Positions 1 through 10,359 are shown, numbered from the stretch's first letter. The stretch: DNA of 64,000 nucleotides from Candidatus Omnitrophota bacterium (GCA_050250375.1 JBFWOS010000001.1:958361-1022360), one strand, 5' to 3'. The notes: generated from the letters alone by a model not told the origin. A program made the numbers and translations.

Positions 1-514
1 CTTTCCGTTCAATCAAGGCCTGGGTCAATTCCCGGGAATTCAATTCAATCTCCGCCCAGCGGGCCAGGTCTTTCAGCTTGTTGATCTGGTCCTTGGAAAA
101 TTCACGCGGTTTTGTATCTTTGATACATAAAACGCCGATCTTGAATCCTCCCGGCCCGGTGAGCGACTGCCCGGCATAAAAACGGATCGGCGGATCACCG
201 GTCACCATCGGGTTGTCCGCAAACCGCACATCTTTGGCGGTGTCTTCTATATATAATATGTCGCTTTCCAGAACGGCATGGCCGCAGAACGAAATATCCC
301 GCGGCCCCTGGGTGCAGCTGAGACCGACCGCCGATTTATACCACTCCCGGTCTTTATCAACCAGCGTGAGTGTGGATATCGGGACATTAAATACATTCTG
401 GGATATTTTTGTAATGCAATCAAACCGGTCTTCGATGGGGGTGTCGAGGATGTTTAACATCTGCAGGCTCAGCAGACGTTCTTTTTCATTTTCCGGTATA
501 GGAGCTGTCTTCAT
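1..514 (-). CDS. GAF-domain sensor protein, partial (continues beyond window start)
   Basis: Minus-strand translation from ATG at 514 begins MKTAPIPENEKERLLSLQMLNILDTPIEDRFD... This is GAF-like (ISFCGHAV...FYAG) and runs off the window edge. The plus-strand ORF 213..533 is its antisense shadow. Confidence 0.5.
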   Translation of the reverse strand, partial: MKTAPIPENEKERLLSLQMLNILDTPIEDRFDCITKISQNVFNVPISTLTLVDKDREWYKSAVGLSCTQGPRDISFCGHAVLESDILYIEDTAKDVRFADNPMVTGDPPIRFYAGQSLTGPGGFKIGVLCIKDTKPREFSKDQINKLKDLARWAEIELNSRELTQALIERK

Positions 515-641
515 ATGCTTTGATGGTGGTTAATGCGCTGTGGATCCCTGATGCATGGCAAAATTAAATTGAGATCATTATATATTATTATCGTTCTCGC
601 GACAGCAGAAATATGGATTTTATCTGAACCGGGATGCTTGA

Positions 642-1079
642 TTATTTGTTTACCTTCGGAAGGGCAACGATCTCAAACCAGAAATCAGAAATCTCGGAAA
701 CAATTTTTCGGTACTGCTCGAAATCAACCGGTTTTTTGACATAACTGTTCGCCCCTTTGGTATAACTTTCAACAATGTCCTGGTCTGCGTCGGATGTAGT
801 CAGGATAACCACCGGGATTGCCTTTAAAACTTTATCTGCCCTTATTTCTTCCAGGGTTTGGCGTCCGTCTTTTTTAGGCATGTTCAAATCCAGCAGGATG
901 ACATCCGGCAGTTGGGCGTCGGAATATTTTCCCTGTCTGCGCAGGAACTCCATACACTGCTCGCCGTCATTGACGACACTCAAATCAATCCTGATCTTCG
1001 CTTCCAGCAGGCATTCTTTGGTTAACTGGATATCGCCTTCATCATCATCGACCATTAATACATGGACCAGTTTTTTCAT
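642..1079 (-). CDS. single-domain response regulator (CheY-like receiver)
   Basis: VLMVDDDEGD, DVILLDLNMPKKDG and a conserved K near KKPVD; 145 aa with no output domain. Confidence 0.8.
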   Translation of the reverse strand: MKKLVHVLMVDDDEGDIQLTKECLLEAKIRIDLSVVNDGEQCMEFLRRQGKYSDAQLPDVILLDLNMPKKDGRQTLEEIRADKVLKAIPVVILTTSDADQDIVESYTKGANSYVKKPVDFEQYRKIVSEISDFWFEIVALPKVNK

Positions 1080-1097
1080 CGGACTATCCTTTCCTGA

Positions 1098-2999
1098 TTA
1101 ACTTTTTAACGTAAATTTAAATACCGTCCCGTTTCCGTTTGATTCCGCCCAGATCCGGCCGCCGTGCAGTTCGACAATCCGTTTGCAGATCGCCAGCCCG
1201 ATCCCCGTCCCCTCGTATTCATTCATGCCGTGCAGCCGTTCAAAGATGATAAATATTTTCTCAAGATGCTCCTCATGGATCCCGATCCCGTTATCCTGAA
1301 CCGAAAACATCCAGAATTGATCGTCTTTTTCAACACGGATATTGATCACCGGGTTCTCCTGGCTGCGGTACTTCACCGCATTCCCGATCAAATTCTGAAA
1401 AAGCTGCGACATATAGGTCCTGTTGGCCCTGATCGTGGGAAGAGGATCCGAGTGAATAACCGTTTTACTTTCTGTGATAAGATTTTCCAAATTGATGAGG
1501 GTTTCTTTGAGGACATCATCCAGCGGGACATCGGCCAAATCCCGATCCCGTTTGACCCGTGAATACTTCAAAAGATCCGAGATCAGCGTCTGCATCCGTT
1601 TGGCCCCGCCGGTGATGTAATCCAGGTATTGTTTCCCCTGATCATCCACCTGTCCCGCATATTTCTTCGCGAACAGCTGGGAAAAAGAAACGATTTTACG
1701 GACCGGCTCCTGCAAATCATGGGAAGCGACATACGCAAACTGTTCCAGGTCCCTGTTCGAACGGGCCAGTTCTTCCGTCTTTGATTCCAACGCCTGGGTG
1801 TGGGCGACGACTTCCTTATTGGCAGCGTTAAGGGAATCCATCATCCGCTGAAAACTGTTCGCGAATGAACCGATTTCATCATTAAGGATCTTAATATCTT
1901 TGTCAATGGCGATATCCAAATCCCCCTCCGCCATCTTTTCCGTCAGCTGTTCCAGCCGGACAATGGGTTCGGTGAGGGAGTGGCACGCCATATAAATCAA
2001 AAACCCCATCAGGATGATAAAGATCCCGACAATAACCAGGCTGGAATTCCTGACCGTATGGATCGGCAGCAAGACTTCTTTCTCGTTAAAACTTAAAATT
2101 AAAACCAAAAAACGATCCTTATTCAAAGGGTCGTAAAAAATCTTTTTCCACTGCCGGAATTCTTGATCGTTGGAATCATAATAAATTCTTTCATCAAATA
2201 AAGTCAGGTTTTTTTTAATCTCCGGCTGCACCTCAAAATAACTCTTTTCAGCAAACGTTTCGGCCCTTTGAGACAACTCAAGGCTCGAATCATAAATGTA
2301 CCGGCCTTTTTCATTGATGATAAACATTTTTCCGTACGGGATGTGTTCGGCAACCAAGAAAACACTGTTGGGAACCGCGTTGATGATGATAACACCTTGA
2401 AACGTTTCATCGGCCTCATCAAAAATCGGAACGGCTAACCGGATAACCAGCTGGTAGGGCAAGGTATATTTCCCATGCTCCTGGTTGAGATCAATTTCAG
2501 AAACATAGGTTTCTCCCTTTTTCAATTTTTTTGTTTCGAGAAAATAAGGCCGGCCGCTTTTATCCTGCAGTTTCTCATCAGGAATAATGACAATCTCCCC
2601 GTCCTTCTTGTCCAGACGGACCATCTCTTTACCGTTTTCATCAATGTACCGGATCTGGATGATGGATTCATTGACCTGATGATACGCGGTAAATATCCTC
2701 TGCATACGCTGAATCCATTGTTGATACGTGCTTTTATCAACCTCGTCAAAACCGGTTTTCTTCGACCGGATGAGACCCTGGACCGGCGGCACCCCGCTTA
2801 ACGTATTCACACCGGCCAGCAATTCTTTCATAAACGAATTAAGACGTTCCACTTCCCTGGTCATAACCAGTTCCTGCTGTTTGATAATCATCTTCTCCAG
2901 CCGGTCTTTCGCGTTATTAAACACCGCCATCCCGATAAAATTGATCCCCACGATCATCATCGACAAAAACAATATCACGAGTTTATATTTTATTTTCAT
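1098..2999 (-). CDS. sensor histidine kinase (periplasmic Cache-like domain, HAMP, HisKA, HATPase)
   Basis: Two TM segments flank a roughly 300-aa extracytoplasmic domain. H-box ASHDLQEP. C-terminal GTGIGLAICKRIVELHGGRIWAESNGNGTVFKF matches G1/G2 ATPase motifs. Confidence 0.8.
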   Translation of the reverse strand: MKIKYKLVILFLSMMIVGINFIGMAVFNNAKDRLEKMIIKQQELVMTREVERLNSFMKELLAGVNTLSGVPPVQGLIRSKKTGFDEVDKSTYQQWIQRMQRIFTAYHQVNESIIQIRYIDENGKEMVRLDKKDGEIVIIPDEKLQDKSGRPYFLETKKLKKGETYVSEIDLNQEHGKYTLPYQLVIRLAVPIFDEADETFQGVIIINAVPNSVFLVAEHIPYGKMFIINEKGRYIYDSSLELSQRAETFAEKSYFEVQPEIKKNLTLFDERIYYDSNDQEFRQWKKIFYDPLNKDRFLVLILSFNEKEVLLPIHTVRNSSLVIVGIFIILMGFLIYMACHSLTEPIVRLEQLTEKMAEGDLDIAIDKDIKILNDEIGSFANSFQRMMDSLNAANKEVVAHTQALESKTEELARSNRDLEQFAYVASHDLQEPVRKIVSFSQLFAKKYAGQVDDQGKQYLDYITGGAKRMQTLISDLLKYSRVKRDRDLADVPLDDVLKETLINLENLITESKTVIHSDPLPTIRANRTYMSQLFQNLIGNAVKYRSQENPVINIRVEKDDQFWMFSVQDNGIGIHEEHLEKIFIIFERLHGMNEYEGTGIGLAICKRIVELHGGRIWAESNGNGTVFKFTLKS

Positions 3000-3002
3000 G
3001 AA

Positions 3003-3629
3003 TTACGCGCTCTCTTTAAGAGACAAGAATCCGGCCCCCAGCAGAACAAATAACACCGCCGTGTTAAAGGCCATGGCCGAGCTGACTTCCTTGACATAAT
3101 AATACAGCGCCGGCAGATTAGCTATATAACCAATCAGGGCAACACTCCCGATTATGGTAATACCGATGCCGAGCAACTGAAGTTTTTGAACCAGCCGTGC
3201 CGTTTTAAACTCGGTGAAAACTCCCGTTAATCCGACCAGCAGAAACGCGATCATCGTCCCGACGGACGGCCTTCCCGGAACCGTCGTCATGATCGGATCA
3301 TCATGGTCTTTCACAAAAAAGGACTCCATCCCCGTGTCAATCTGGAACATGGTCCCCAACAACATGGTCATCATGAGAAGAAAAATAATCAGACAGGTCA
3401 CCGGCAGGACAATCTGGTGATAAAATGTCTTTTGCTGCAGGTATTCACGGATGGAAAGCAGGGTCAGTCCACTGGCCGCAAAACAGACCGCGGTGGTAAA
3501 TTTCATGCTGATCCAGAACGGCAGAATGCTTTTTAAAAGGCCGATGTCGAAGATCCATCCGGTCATGACACAGACACCGCTCAGGATCACAAAAAAAGAA
3601 ATGCATTGGCTGATTTGGTTTTGTTTCAA
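3003..3629 (-). CDS. polytopic membrane protein, possible sensor membrane module
   Basis: 208 aa with 5-6 predicted TM helices; ends 3 nt before the HK gene start, so likely co-transcribed. Confidence 0.45.
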   Translation of the reverse strand: MKQNQISQCISFFVILSGVCVMTGWIFDIGLLKSILPFWISMKFTTAVCFAASGLTLLSIREYLQQKTFYHQIVLPVTCLIIFLLMMTMLLGTMFQIDTGMESFFVKDHDDPIMTTVPGRPSVGTMIAFLLVGLTGVFTEFKTARLVQKLQLLGIGITIIGSVALIGYIANLPALYYYVKEVSSAMAFNTAVLFVLLGAGFLSLKESA

Positions 3630-3811
3630 ATTTTCTCGCTTTTTGAATTAATTAATTATAACCCCGCCCCCCTAAAGTTGTGCAGGTTATTCTGAGAATT
3701 TTCCAAACCGGATTTTTAAATTAAAATTATACCAGCGGTGGGATAAAAAAAGGACAACGGCAGGATTTTTTGGTTTTACGGACGGATGAACCACGGATTG
3801 TCCGAGACGGG

Positions 3812-5701
3812 TTAATCAATCCCTATCTCAAGGATCCGCTCATAATTCTCGATGGCGCCGTCTTCCATGCAGCATTCAATAATCTGTCTGGCCTTCGGGT
3901 CCAGGTCTTTTTCGTCGAGATAACACTTAAGTTCTTCTTTGAAGAAATCCGTGAGGATCTTGGCGCCGGCGTCATAACCTTCCAACTCGACTTCCGGCTG
4001 TGTTTCCACCTGGAGAAATTCCCGGTTGATAAAGAAACCTTCAATCTGCATGGAATGGATGGCGTACCCTAACAGCGTGCAGCGTGCCGGTTCGATCTGT
4101 TTCGGTTTAAAACGGGCGCTGCCCCGGCGGGACAAATATTCGCGCGCGATCCACTGCGGCATAAACCCGACCTTCCAGACACCGATGTGCTGGTTCGGGG
4201 TTAAGGTAAACTTGGTTTTAGGCGTGGCGGTGATCTGTCTTAAAAGCAGATTGGCCTGGTCGACCCGGCGGCCGGTGGCAAACGGCCAATAAGAACCGAC
4301 CCCTTCACTGCTCATCCCCGTTGTTTCGGTGATACTCGGATTGGCAAAACCGCGCGGAGAAACCAGCCTCCACAACCAGGCGATCGCCGGCGGCAGAATA
4401 TGCAGCATCCCCAGGATTCCGTACGTCGGCTTCTCTAAAGTACACGGCGGGGTCCGCACGCCAAAACTGCGCACATTCACCTCGACCGGTTCGTTCACAA
4501 TATCAGGTACGGTATGACGCGGAAGAATGACCCGCGGATTCGGGCAGGGTTTGCCCGGTTTGTCTTCCACATGCTCCCAGATCAGGCAGGTCGCTTTCGG
4601 GACTGAATATAAATTTAAAAACACCAGCGGTTCTTTCGGGTTGGTGCACAAATTTTCCAGATACTTGTCCACTCCGTAATGAGTGATGTGGTCAACACGC
4701 ACGAACCAGCCTTTCTCGGCGTCGGTGACGACCAGCTTGCCGCTGTTGTTCTGGATAGCAGGATGGCACAACGCCATATCATCCGTGACCGGGTTGAGCG
4801 TGCAGCCCTGGAATAACGGGATGTAGCGTTTCTTTTCATTTAAAATATTTTCACCGATCAAAAGACGGCCGTCCGGTTCCCGGTGAGGGTACTGAAGCAT
4901 TTCGCTTTTCCCGCCGCCGCTGGCGCCTTCATGCATAATGACAAATTCATTATCATACGGGGTTGTGACCCGGACCGTTGAACCATGGGATGTGACCCAG
5001 CCTTCTTTCTCCCCGAGGTCGATCAGCATGCTGTAAACCCCTTTTTTGGCGCTCGGGCCGGGATAAAGATTCAGAGAAAAGATTTCATGGACTTTGTCGG
5101 TGCGGTTATGGATAACCACCTGTTTCCCGTCGCAATGCGAATGGCGGAACGTCGGCGAAAGATAAATGACCGACAACGGGTTAAATCCGGGTTTTAACTC
5201 CTGGATAGGGATCATCCCCTGGATGTCCACCAGGGCCGCGGCAAAAAAAGCCGCATTGGCCGGGCCGATCATCAGCGCGTAATAATTCAACTCCGGACTG
5301 CCGGCATAAAACGGGACCAGGACCAGTTCCTGATCCTTCAGCCAGTCAAAGATTTCCTGGCGGAATTGGTTGAACGGGATCTTGAAACGGTTTTCATAAC
5401 GGGATTTGTTGGTCGGTTTCTGGTCCGCGATGACCATGCTCTTGGGGTCACGCCGCCGCATATAACTTTCCGTATAATTGACCGCGACCCCGTTACGGCA
5501 GCGGTTAACAATCGCTTCCACAAACCTGCCTTTGCCTTCAATATCATAAGCCACTTCAAACGAATCCGCGCCCGCTCCGCCCATGGACAATTCCATCAAT
5601 TCCAATTTATTTTTTGGAATAATTACTTTTTTGGCCGAAGACAAAGTCTTTCTCAGGTCTTCCGGTAAATTCATGTCTTGCCATGTCATTGAATCACTCA
5701 T
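3812..5701 (-). CDS. uncharacterized 629-aa protein with an HPr-kinase/PEPCK-like P-loop
   Basis: Walker A segment HEGASGGGKSEMLQYP...GRLLIGEN resembles HprK (GxSGxGKSE...HRLVADD). No other family recognised. Confidence 0.4.
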   Translation of the reverse strand: MSDSMTWQDMNLPEDLRKTLSSAKKVIIPKNKLELMELSMGGAGADSFEVAYDIEGKGRFVEAIVNRCRNGVAVNYTESYMRRRDPKSMVIADQKPTNKSRYENRFKIPFNQFRQEIFDWLKDQELVLVPFYAGSPELNYYALMIGPANAAFFAAALVDIQGMIPIQELKPGFNPLSVIYLSPTFRHSHCDGKQVVIHNRTDKVHEIFSLNLYPGPSAKKGVYSMLIDLGEKEGWVTSHGSTVRVTTPYDNEFVIMHEGASGGGKSEMLQYPHREPDGRLLIGENILNEKKRYIPLFQGCTLNPVTDDMALCHPAIQNNSGKLVVTDAEKGWFVRVDHITHYGVDKYLENLCTNPKEPLVFLNLYSVPKATCLIWEHVEDKPGKPCPNPRVILPRHTVPDIVNEPVEVNVRSFGVRTPPCTLEKPTYGILGMLHILPPAIAWLWRLVSPRGFANPSITETTGMSSEGVGSYWPFATGRRVDQANLLLRQITATPKTKFTLTPNQHIGVWKVGFMPQWIAREYLSRRGSARFKPKQIEPARCTLLGYAIHSMQIEGFFINREFLQVETQPEVELEGYDAGAKILTDFFKEELKCYLDEKDLDPKARQIIECCMEDGAIENYERILEIGID

Positions 5702-5917
5702 TAATTCGCGTACTCCTTAATATAAACTTGAAAATTTAACACAAGCTGTTTAAATCTATTTGATCTTTAGAAAAATATGTGGGTTGGGAGTTTTGACCTT
5801 CCACAATTAACAGCGCATATTCTAACAGAAAAATAAAAAATGTCTAATACTCAAATTTTGCCCTGGCAAACCAGGCCAATTTTAGACCGGCGGGTTTCGG
5901 AAGGGTTTGGATCCGGA

Positions 5918-6385
5918 CTATTCGTTCTTTTTGTGCTGATGAACACCGCGCTGCAGGATTTTGAAGACGGTTTCCAGTGATTCCGCCCCGATCAAAACAC
6001 ATAACGCCACGCCGGTGATTGTGACGGCCACGTCAAACAGCTCCAAACCGATGGCCGCGCCGATCCCGGCCAAAAGCCAGACGACGGAAGCCGATGTCAC
6101 CCCGCTGACAAGCCCTTCTTTGTTCATGATGACCCCGGCCCCCAGAAAACCGACACCGGTAACCACCTGTCCCAATATCCGGACCGACTCATGGCCGTTG
6201 TCCATTTCCAGGCCCAAAAAAATAAATAACATTGTTCCCAGACAAATCAAGATACTCGTCCGGATCCCGACCGGTTTGCCGCGGATCTGCCGTTCAAGAC
6301 CGATGGACAACCCGCAGACAATCGAAAAGAAAATCCTCACCCAAAGATCGTGGATCATTATTTCCGGTTTCATGTGTCCCTCCAT
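5918..6385 (-). CDS. MgtC/SapB family membrane protein
   Basis: 155 aa with 4-5 TM helices; G-rich helix motifs (GLSIGLERQ, GAGVIMN) typical of MgtC. Confidence 0.65.
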   Translation of the reverse strand: MEGHMKPEIMIHDLWVRIFFSIVCGLSIGLERQIRGKPVGIRTSILICLGTMLFIFLGLEMDNGHESVRILGQVVTGVGFLGAGVIMNKEGLVSGVTSASVVWLLAGIGAAIGLELFDVAVTITGVALCVLIGAESLETVFKILQRGVHQHKKNE

Positions 6386-7701
6386 AATTTTACCCCTGAC
6401 TCGTTCAGGATGACCTCCCGCGGGAGGTTTTTAATAAACTCCTGGCGCAGGCTGTAGGTGTACGCCCCCTGAGTCGGGATCATGAGCACGTCGCCTTTTT
6501 CGATGGTCTGTCCAAAATATGAATATCCCCAGATATCGTGCGGCGTGCACAATGACCCGAAGATCATGCAGGACTTTTCTTCGAGCGCGGGACGGGTCAG
6601 ATTGATCACAGGAAAATAATCCGTCTCAAACCGTTCCCACCCGACAGTGTTTGTCCCGGCGTCGGCAATCACCACATCCGGCGCTTTCTTGTCCACCACC
6701 TGAAAGAGGATATGCATCGCCTCATGGCAGATCCAGCGGCCGGGTTCCAGATAAATAGCGCATTTCGTGTACGGAAATAATTCTTTTTCGATGGTCCGGG
6801 CAATTTGTTTGGCGAATTGGTCGATCCCCAAAGCCGGGAGGCAATAATGCCCTGCCCTTTGGGTTAATAAAGGATCCAGATGCTGCATCAGTCCGCCTTC
6901 GGGTGTCGCGCTGGGCTGCATCCATTCCCCTTGTATCGGCCAATACCCGCCGCCGATATCGACAAACTGAATTTTCTTCAGCATCTTTTTATCCAGCGCG
7001 GCCAGGACTTTTCCCAGGCGGCGCAGGATGGCCACCTGTTTGGTCGTGTCCAGGTTCCAGCTGGCATGAAACTGCAGTCCGCATAAATCAATATTTTTAC
7101 AGCCGGCGGCTTTGTCGAAGAATTCCGCGAGCACCCTTAACGGGACCCCAAACTTGCGCCACAATCCTTTTTCTTCGATCATCAGCCGGACCCCGACCCT
7201 GATTTTTTTCTTTTTCTTTGAAGCCGTCTGTTGAAGCCGTTCCAGCTCGTCAAAATTATCCAGCAGGACCGTTACCTTGTCGTCATGGTCGCAGGCCAGT
7301 TCCAATTCGGGAACTGTTTTCCCCGGACCGCTGAAAATCATGGACGCAGCGTTCTGCCGCAGGGCCATTTCCAGTTCCCGGCCGCTGGACACATCAATCC
7401 CGTAACCTTCCTTGACCAGTGTCCGGATCAAAAACGGATGATAATTGCTTTTAAGGGCATAAAACGCTTTGACCTGCGGAAGGTGCTGTTCAAAGGCCTG
7501 ACGGAACTCCCGGGCCTTTCTCACCAGCGCCGGTTCATCAATCAGATAAAGCGGCGACCCGAATTTTTCGCAGGCCTCCAGATAAATCTCTTTGGAATCC
7601 AGATATTGGCTGACAAACCGGCGCAGTTCCTGCGGGTTCATCAGCGGAGTTTTCTGTTCCAGGATGGCCTGGGCTTTTTGGAGATAATTTTTTTGGGCCA
7701 T
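6370..7701 (-). CDS. PLP-dependent decarboxylase, Orn/DAP/Arg decarboxylase family (fold III)
   Basis: FYALKSNYHPFLIRTLVKEGYGIDVSSGRELEMAL is the PLP-lysine region of DAP/ornithine/carboxynorspermidine decarboxylases. Probable start at the MAQKNY Met (7701), giving an ATGA overlap with the upstream ATP-grasp gene. Confidence 0.7.
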   Translation of the reverse strand: MAQKNYLQKAQAILEQKTPLMNPQELRRFVSQYLDSKEIYLEACEKFGSPLYLIDEPALVRKAREFRQAFEQHLPQVKAFYALKSNYHPFLIRTLVKEGYGIDVSSGRELEMALRQNAASMIFSGPGKTVPELELACDHDDKVTVLLDNFDELERLQQTASKKKKKIRVGVRLMIEEKGLWRKFGVPLRVLAEFFDKAAGCKNIDLCGLQFHASWNLDTTKQVAILRRLGKVLAALDKKMLKKIQFVDIGGGYWPIQGEWMQPSATPEGGLMQHLDPLLTQRAGHYCLPALGIDQFAKQIARTIEKELFPYTKCAIYLEPGRWICHEAMHILFQVVDKKAPDVVIADAGTNTVGWERFETDYFPVINLTRPALEEKSCMIFGSLCTPHDIWGYSYFGQTIEKGDVLMIPTQGAYTYSLRQEFIKNLPREVILNESGVKLWRDT

Positions 7702-7703
7702 GG

Positions 7704-8984
7704 TTATTCCACTTCGATGCTGATGTTCTGCAGGATTTCCTCGCATTGCTGGGCGACCGGTGATTCGGCAGACGGTTTAAAAAGCACAAAGCCCAGCAGA
7801 CGTGAATCATAATCTTCGGGCGGAAGTTCGATCTTATCGCCGTCGGCACGTTTGCGGTAACAACGCACGAAACGCGGGTCGTCCTGTGCTGACTGAACAT
7901 CCATTTTTTTTAACACACCGCGCTGTGAAGCCACCAAATGCAATCCGATCACCGGTTTCCAGTCGGCATTGACCGGCCATTGCACCGCCTTGCCTTCAGA
8001 AAAATCCAGCGCCGCGGACAATATATCAAACCCGCAGCTGGCCTCGATCAGGATCGGCAGGCAGTCACCGCCGGGACGGGGTGTCATTTCGATCAGGTAC
8101 ATCCGGTCCTGATAAACCTTAAAATCAACCATCGCCATGGCGCGCCTGAGCCCGAGGCTGTTGGAGGCGTTCAGCAAAAATAATTCGAGATCGGCCGAAT
8201 GAATACTGTCCGGAAGTTTTGCCGGCAATTCATAGGCCTGCATCGTTCCGAAAGAAGCCCGGCGGTCATAATATTTTCGGGTCAACCGGATAATCCTTAC
8301 TTTATTGTCTTCCAGGATAAAATCACAGCTGTATTCGTCTCCCGGAATAAACTCTTCCATCACAACCGTCTCGCGCGGATTCTCTTCACGGCGCATATGC
8401 TGCACCGTGTACATCCGCCGGTTTAAATTTGTCCTGAGCTTTTCTTTCATGACCCGGTAGGCGTCCAGGCATTCGTCCCGGCTCTCACACAAAAAAACGA
8501 GTTCGCTGCCGCTACTGCTCAACGGCTTCATCACCGCTGACCCTTCAAGCCGGTTGAAAAATTCAAGCGCCTCCTTTTCCGTCTGGATCAGCTTTGCCTG
8601 CGGGCAGAGGACCCCGCTTTTTTGCCAAAGGTCTTTGGAACGGAATTTTGAACGGCAGTTCATGATGGATTGGAGTCCCGGGAAGGGCAGTTCAAACCGT
8701 CCGGCAATGATTGAAGCCAGCGCCAGCGATTCGCAGTCAAAACAGGCGATGCCGGACAAACCGACGGCATTTTCCTCAAGATATCCCGTCAAGGCCCGGG
8801 TCACCGCATCAACATCTTCAAGATCAAGCACGATCTCGGACAGATTTTGATTCTTGGCATCCTTGCGTTTGCTCCGTTCTTCCAGGTCCGTCAGAAACAG
8901 CAGCCGGGATTGAAAACGGGCGTTCATGGTCTCAATATAATCGTTCGTCGTTCCGACGACTAAAATTTTTCTAGAATTGCTCAT
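7704..8984 (-). CDS. ATP-grasp family ligase
   Basis: C-terminal fold motifs MAMVDFKVYQDRMYLIEMTPRPGGD; 426 aa. Confidence 0.6.
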   Translation of the reverse strand: MSNSRKILVVGTTNDYIETMNARFQSRLLFLTDLEERSKRKDAKNQNLSEIVLDLEDVDAVTRALTGYLEENAVGLSGIACFDCESLALASIIAGRFELPFPGLQSIMNCRSKFRSKDLWQKSGVLCPQAKLIQTEKEALEFFNRLEGSAVMKPLSSSGSELVFLCESRDECLDAYRVMKEKLRTNLNRRMYTVQHMRREENPRETVVMEEFIPGDEYSCDFILEDNKVRIIRLTRKYYDRRASFGTMQAYELPAKLPDSIHSADLELFLLNASNSLGLRRAMAMVDFKVYQDRMYLIEMTPRPGGDCLPILIEASCGFDILSAALDFSEGKAVQWPVNADWKPVIGLHLVASQRGVLKKMDVQSAQDDPRFVRCYRKRADGDKIELPPEDYDSRLLGFVLFKPSAESPVAQQCEEILQNISIEVE

Positions 8985-8990
8985 CGTTGT

Positions 8991-9995
8991 TTAAACCATA
9001 TTGGTCAGGCGGTAAAGCGGCCGCGGGGAAAGGTGGAAGATTTTCTTCCAGGAAAAATCACCGCAGAGAAAGTCGACTTCGTTATAATTCTTGTCGCAGG
9101 CTTCTTTCATGTGGTAGAGGTTGATGACCTTGGCCACCCCGGGAAACCCGAAATCGGTCCCGCCGGCCAGAATGATGTACGCCCCGTTATAGATGCAGCC
9201 CATATCCACGGCGACCGCCTGTCCGTCGATAATGACCGACGTCATCTTTAACCACCCCTTTTGATGGAGCAGGTCCTTGAGCGCGCCGAAACTGCAGGCA
9301 AACCGCTGATCGGAAAAATAAGAATTCTCCCCAAACCGGTCCAGGTTCATCTTGACCATCAGGTCATAATCCCCCACCTCATCCGTCCGGATCGTCATGT
9401 TCCTGGAATAAAAATGGTCGACTTCTTTGCGGATGGTCTTGATGGACTTGCGGGAAAACAACGAATAATAATTGTCCATGTTGTGCTGGAGCTGTTTGGG
9501 ATAAAAAAGGTACCCGATTTCATCTTCACCGGAGAGGTCTGCCGGAAAATGGGGGTTTCCGTGCAGATATCTCAGGTGGCAGTTCATTTTATTGGACTGC
9601 ATCCAGTCAAACATCGCGCGAAGGACCGTCTGGTCCTTCGCGAGCAGATGATTCTGTTCCAGCCAGGTCTTGTTATGCCAGACCTCACCGGGAAAATAAC
9701 CGTAATAATTTCCTTCGGGAATAAAACTTAGCGGCATGAAGCCGACGATACGCCCCTCTTCCCTGGCAACCACGAAAAGGAGGTCTCTTTGAAAACACTG
9801 GTGAAAACACATCCGGACATCCCATCGGTCCGTCAAATTCTCCGATGGGATGAGCTGATCCCAAAGATCACGGCAGGCGTCTATATTCGTTTCAGCGTGG
9901 ATTTCTAACACGTTAATATCGGTGCTTAACATTGGTGATGCACCGCTTCCCGCCAAAAAACTTTCGAGAAAATTTCTCAACCTTCTCGAGATCAT
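8991..9995 (-). CDS. putative FemAB-like/GNAT-fold acyltransferase
   Basis: 334 aa with weak resemblance to BioF2-like/FemAB GNAT proteins. True start is probably internal (MLSTDIN, around 9932), which reduces the overlap with the upstream gene. Confidence 0.35.
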   Translation of the reverse strand: MISRRLRNFLESFLAGSGASPMLSTDINVLEIHAETNIDACRDLWDQLIPSENLTDRWDVRMCFHQCFQRDLLFVVAREEGRIVGFMPLSFIPEGNYYGYFPGEVWHNKTWLEQNHLLAKDQTVLRAMFDWMQSNKMNCHLRYLHGNPHFPADLSGEDEIGYLFYPKQLQHNMDNYYSLFSRKSIKTIRKEVDHFYSRNMTIRTDEVGDYDLMVKMNLDRFGENSYFSDQRFACSFGALKDLLHQKGWLKMTSVIIDGQAVAVDMGCIYNGAYIILAGGTDFGFPGVAKVINLYHMKEACDKNYNEVDFLCGDFSWKKIFHLSPRPLYRLTNMV

Positions 9996-10359
9996 AAGCC
10001 TTGCAGCTGAAGACGTCCAGATAGACCGTATTGGTCAGATTGGCAAAATGGGCGGAAATCAGCGAGGTTTCAATCAGCTGGACCATGGAGAACCCGGCCA
10101 CCCGCTCTTCTTCGCCAAAATGCACGACCATGGTGTCGCCGTAACGTTTCATTTCAATCAGTTCGCACAATTCAGCGACAAACTTCTTGATCTTGGACGC
10201 GTCACGGATCGTGTCTGGATTACAATCATATATATCAATACTGCTGGCAATACCCCATACTTGATTCATTGTTGATTTATCGGACATTACCTTCCTTGAA
10301 GGCAACGTCTTCAAGCTTACGTCTTGAACTCTAGCCATCTTTACTCCTTGATTAATCAA
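9913..10359 (-). CDS. pyruvoyl-dependent S-adenosylmethionine decarboxylase-like proenzyme (SpeH/class 1b-like)
   Basis: 148 aa. MVQLIETSLISAHF aligns to the LIAESHLTIHTWPE self-cleavage motif of small bacterial/archaeal AdoMetDC. DVFSCK matches the DVFTCG region. Confidence 0.55.
   Translation of the reverse strand: MINQGVKMARVQDVSLKTLPSRKVMSDKSTMNQVWGIASSIDIYDCNPDTIRDASKIKKFVAELCELIEMKRYGDTMVVHFGEEERVAGFSMVQLIETSLISAHFANLTNTVYLDVFSCKAYDLEKVEKFSRKFFGGKRCITNVKHRY

Noticed and set aside
213-533. 106-aa plus-strand ORF at the window start
   Set aside because: Lies antisense within a convincing GAF-domain gene on the minus strand; no RBS or homology.
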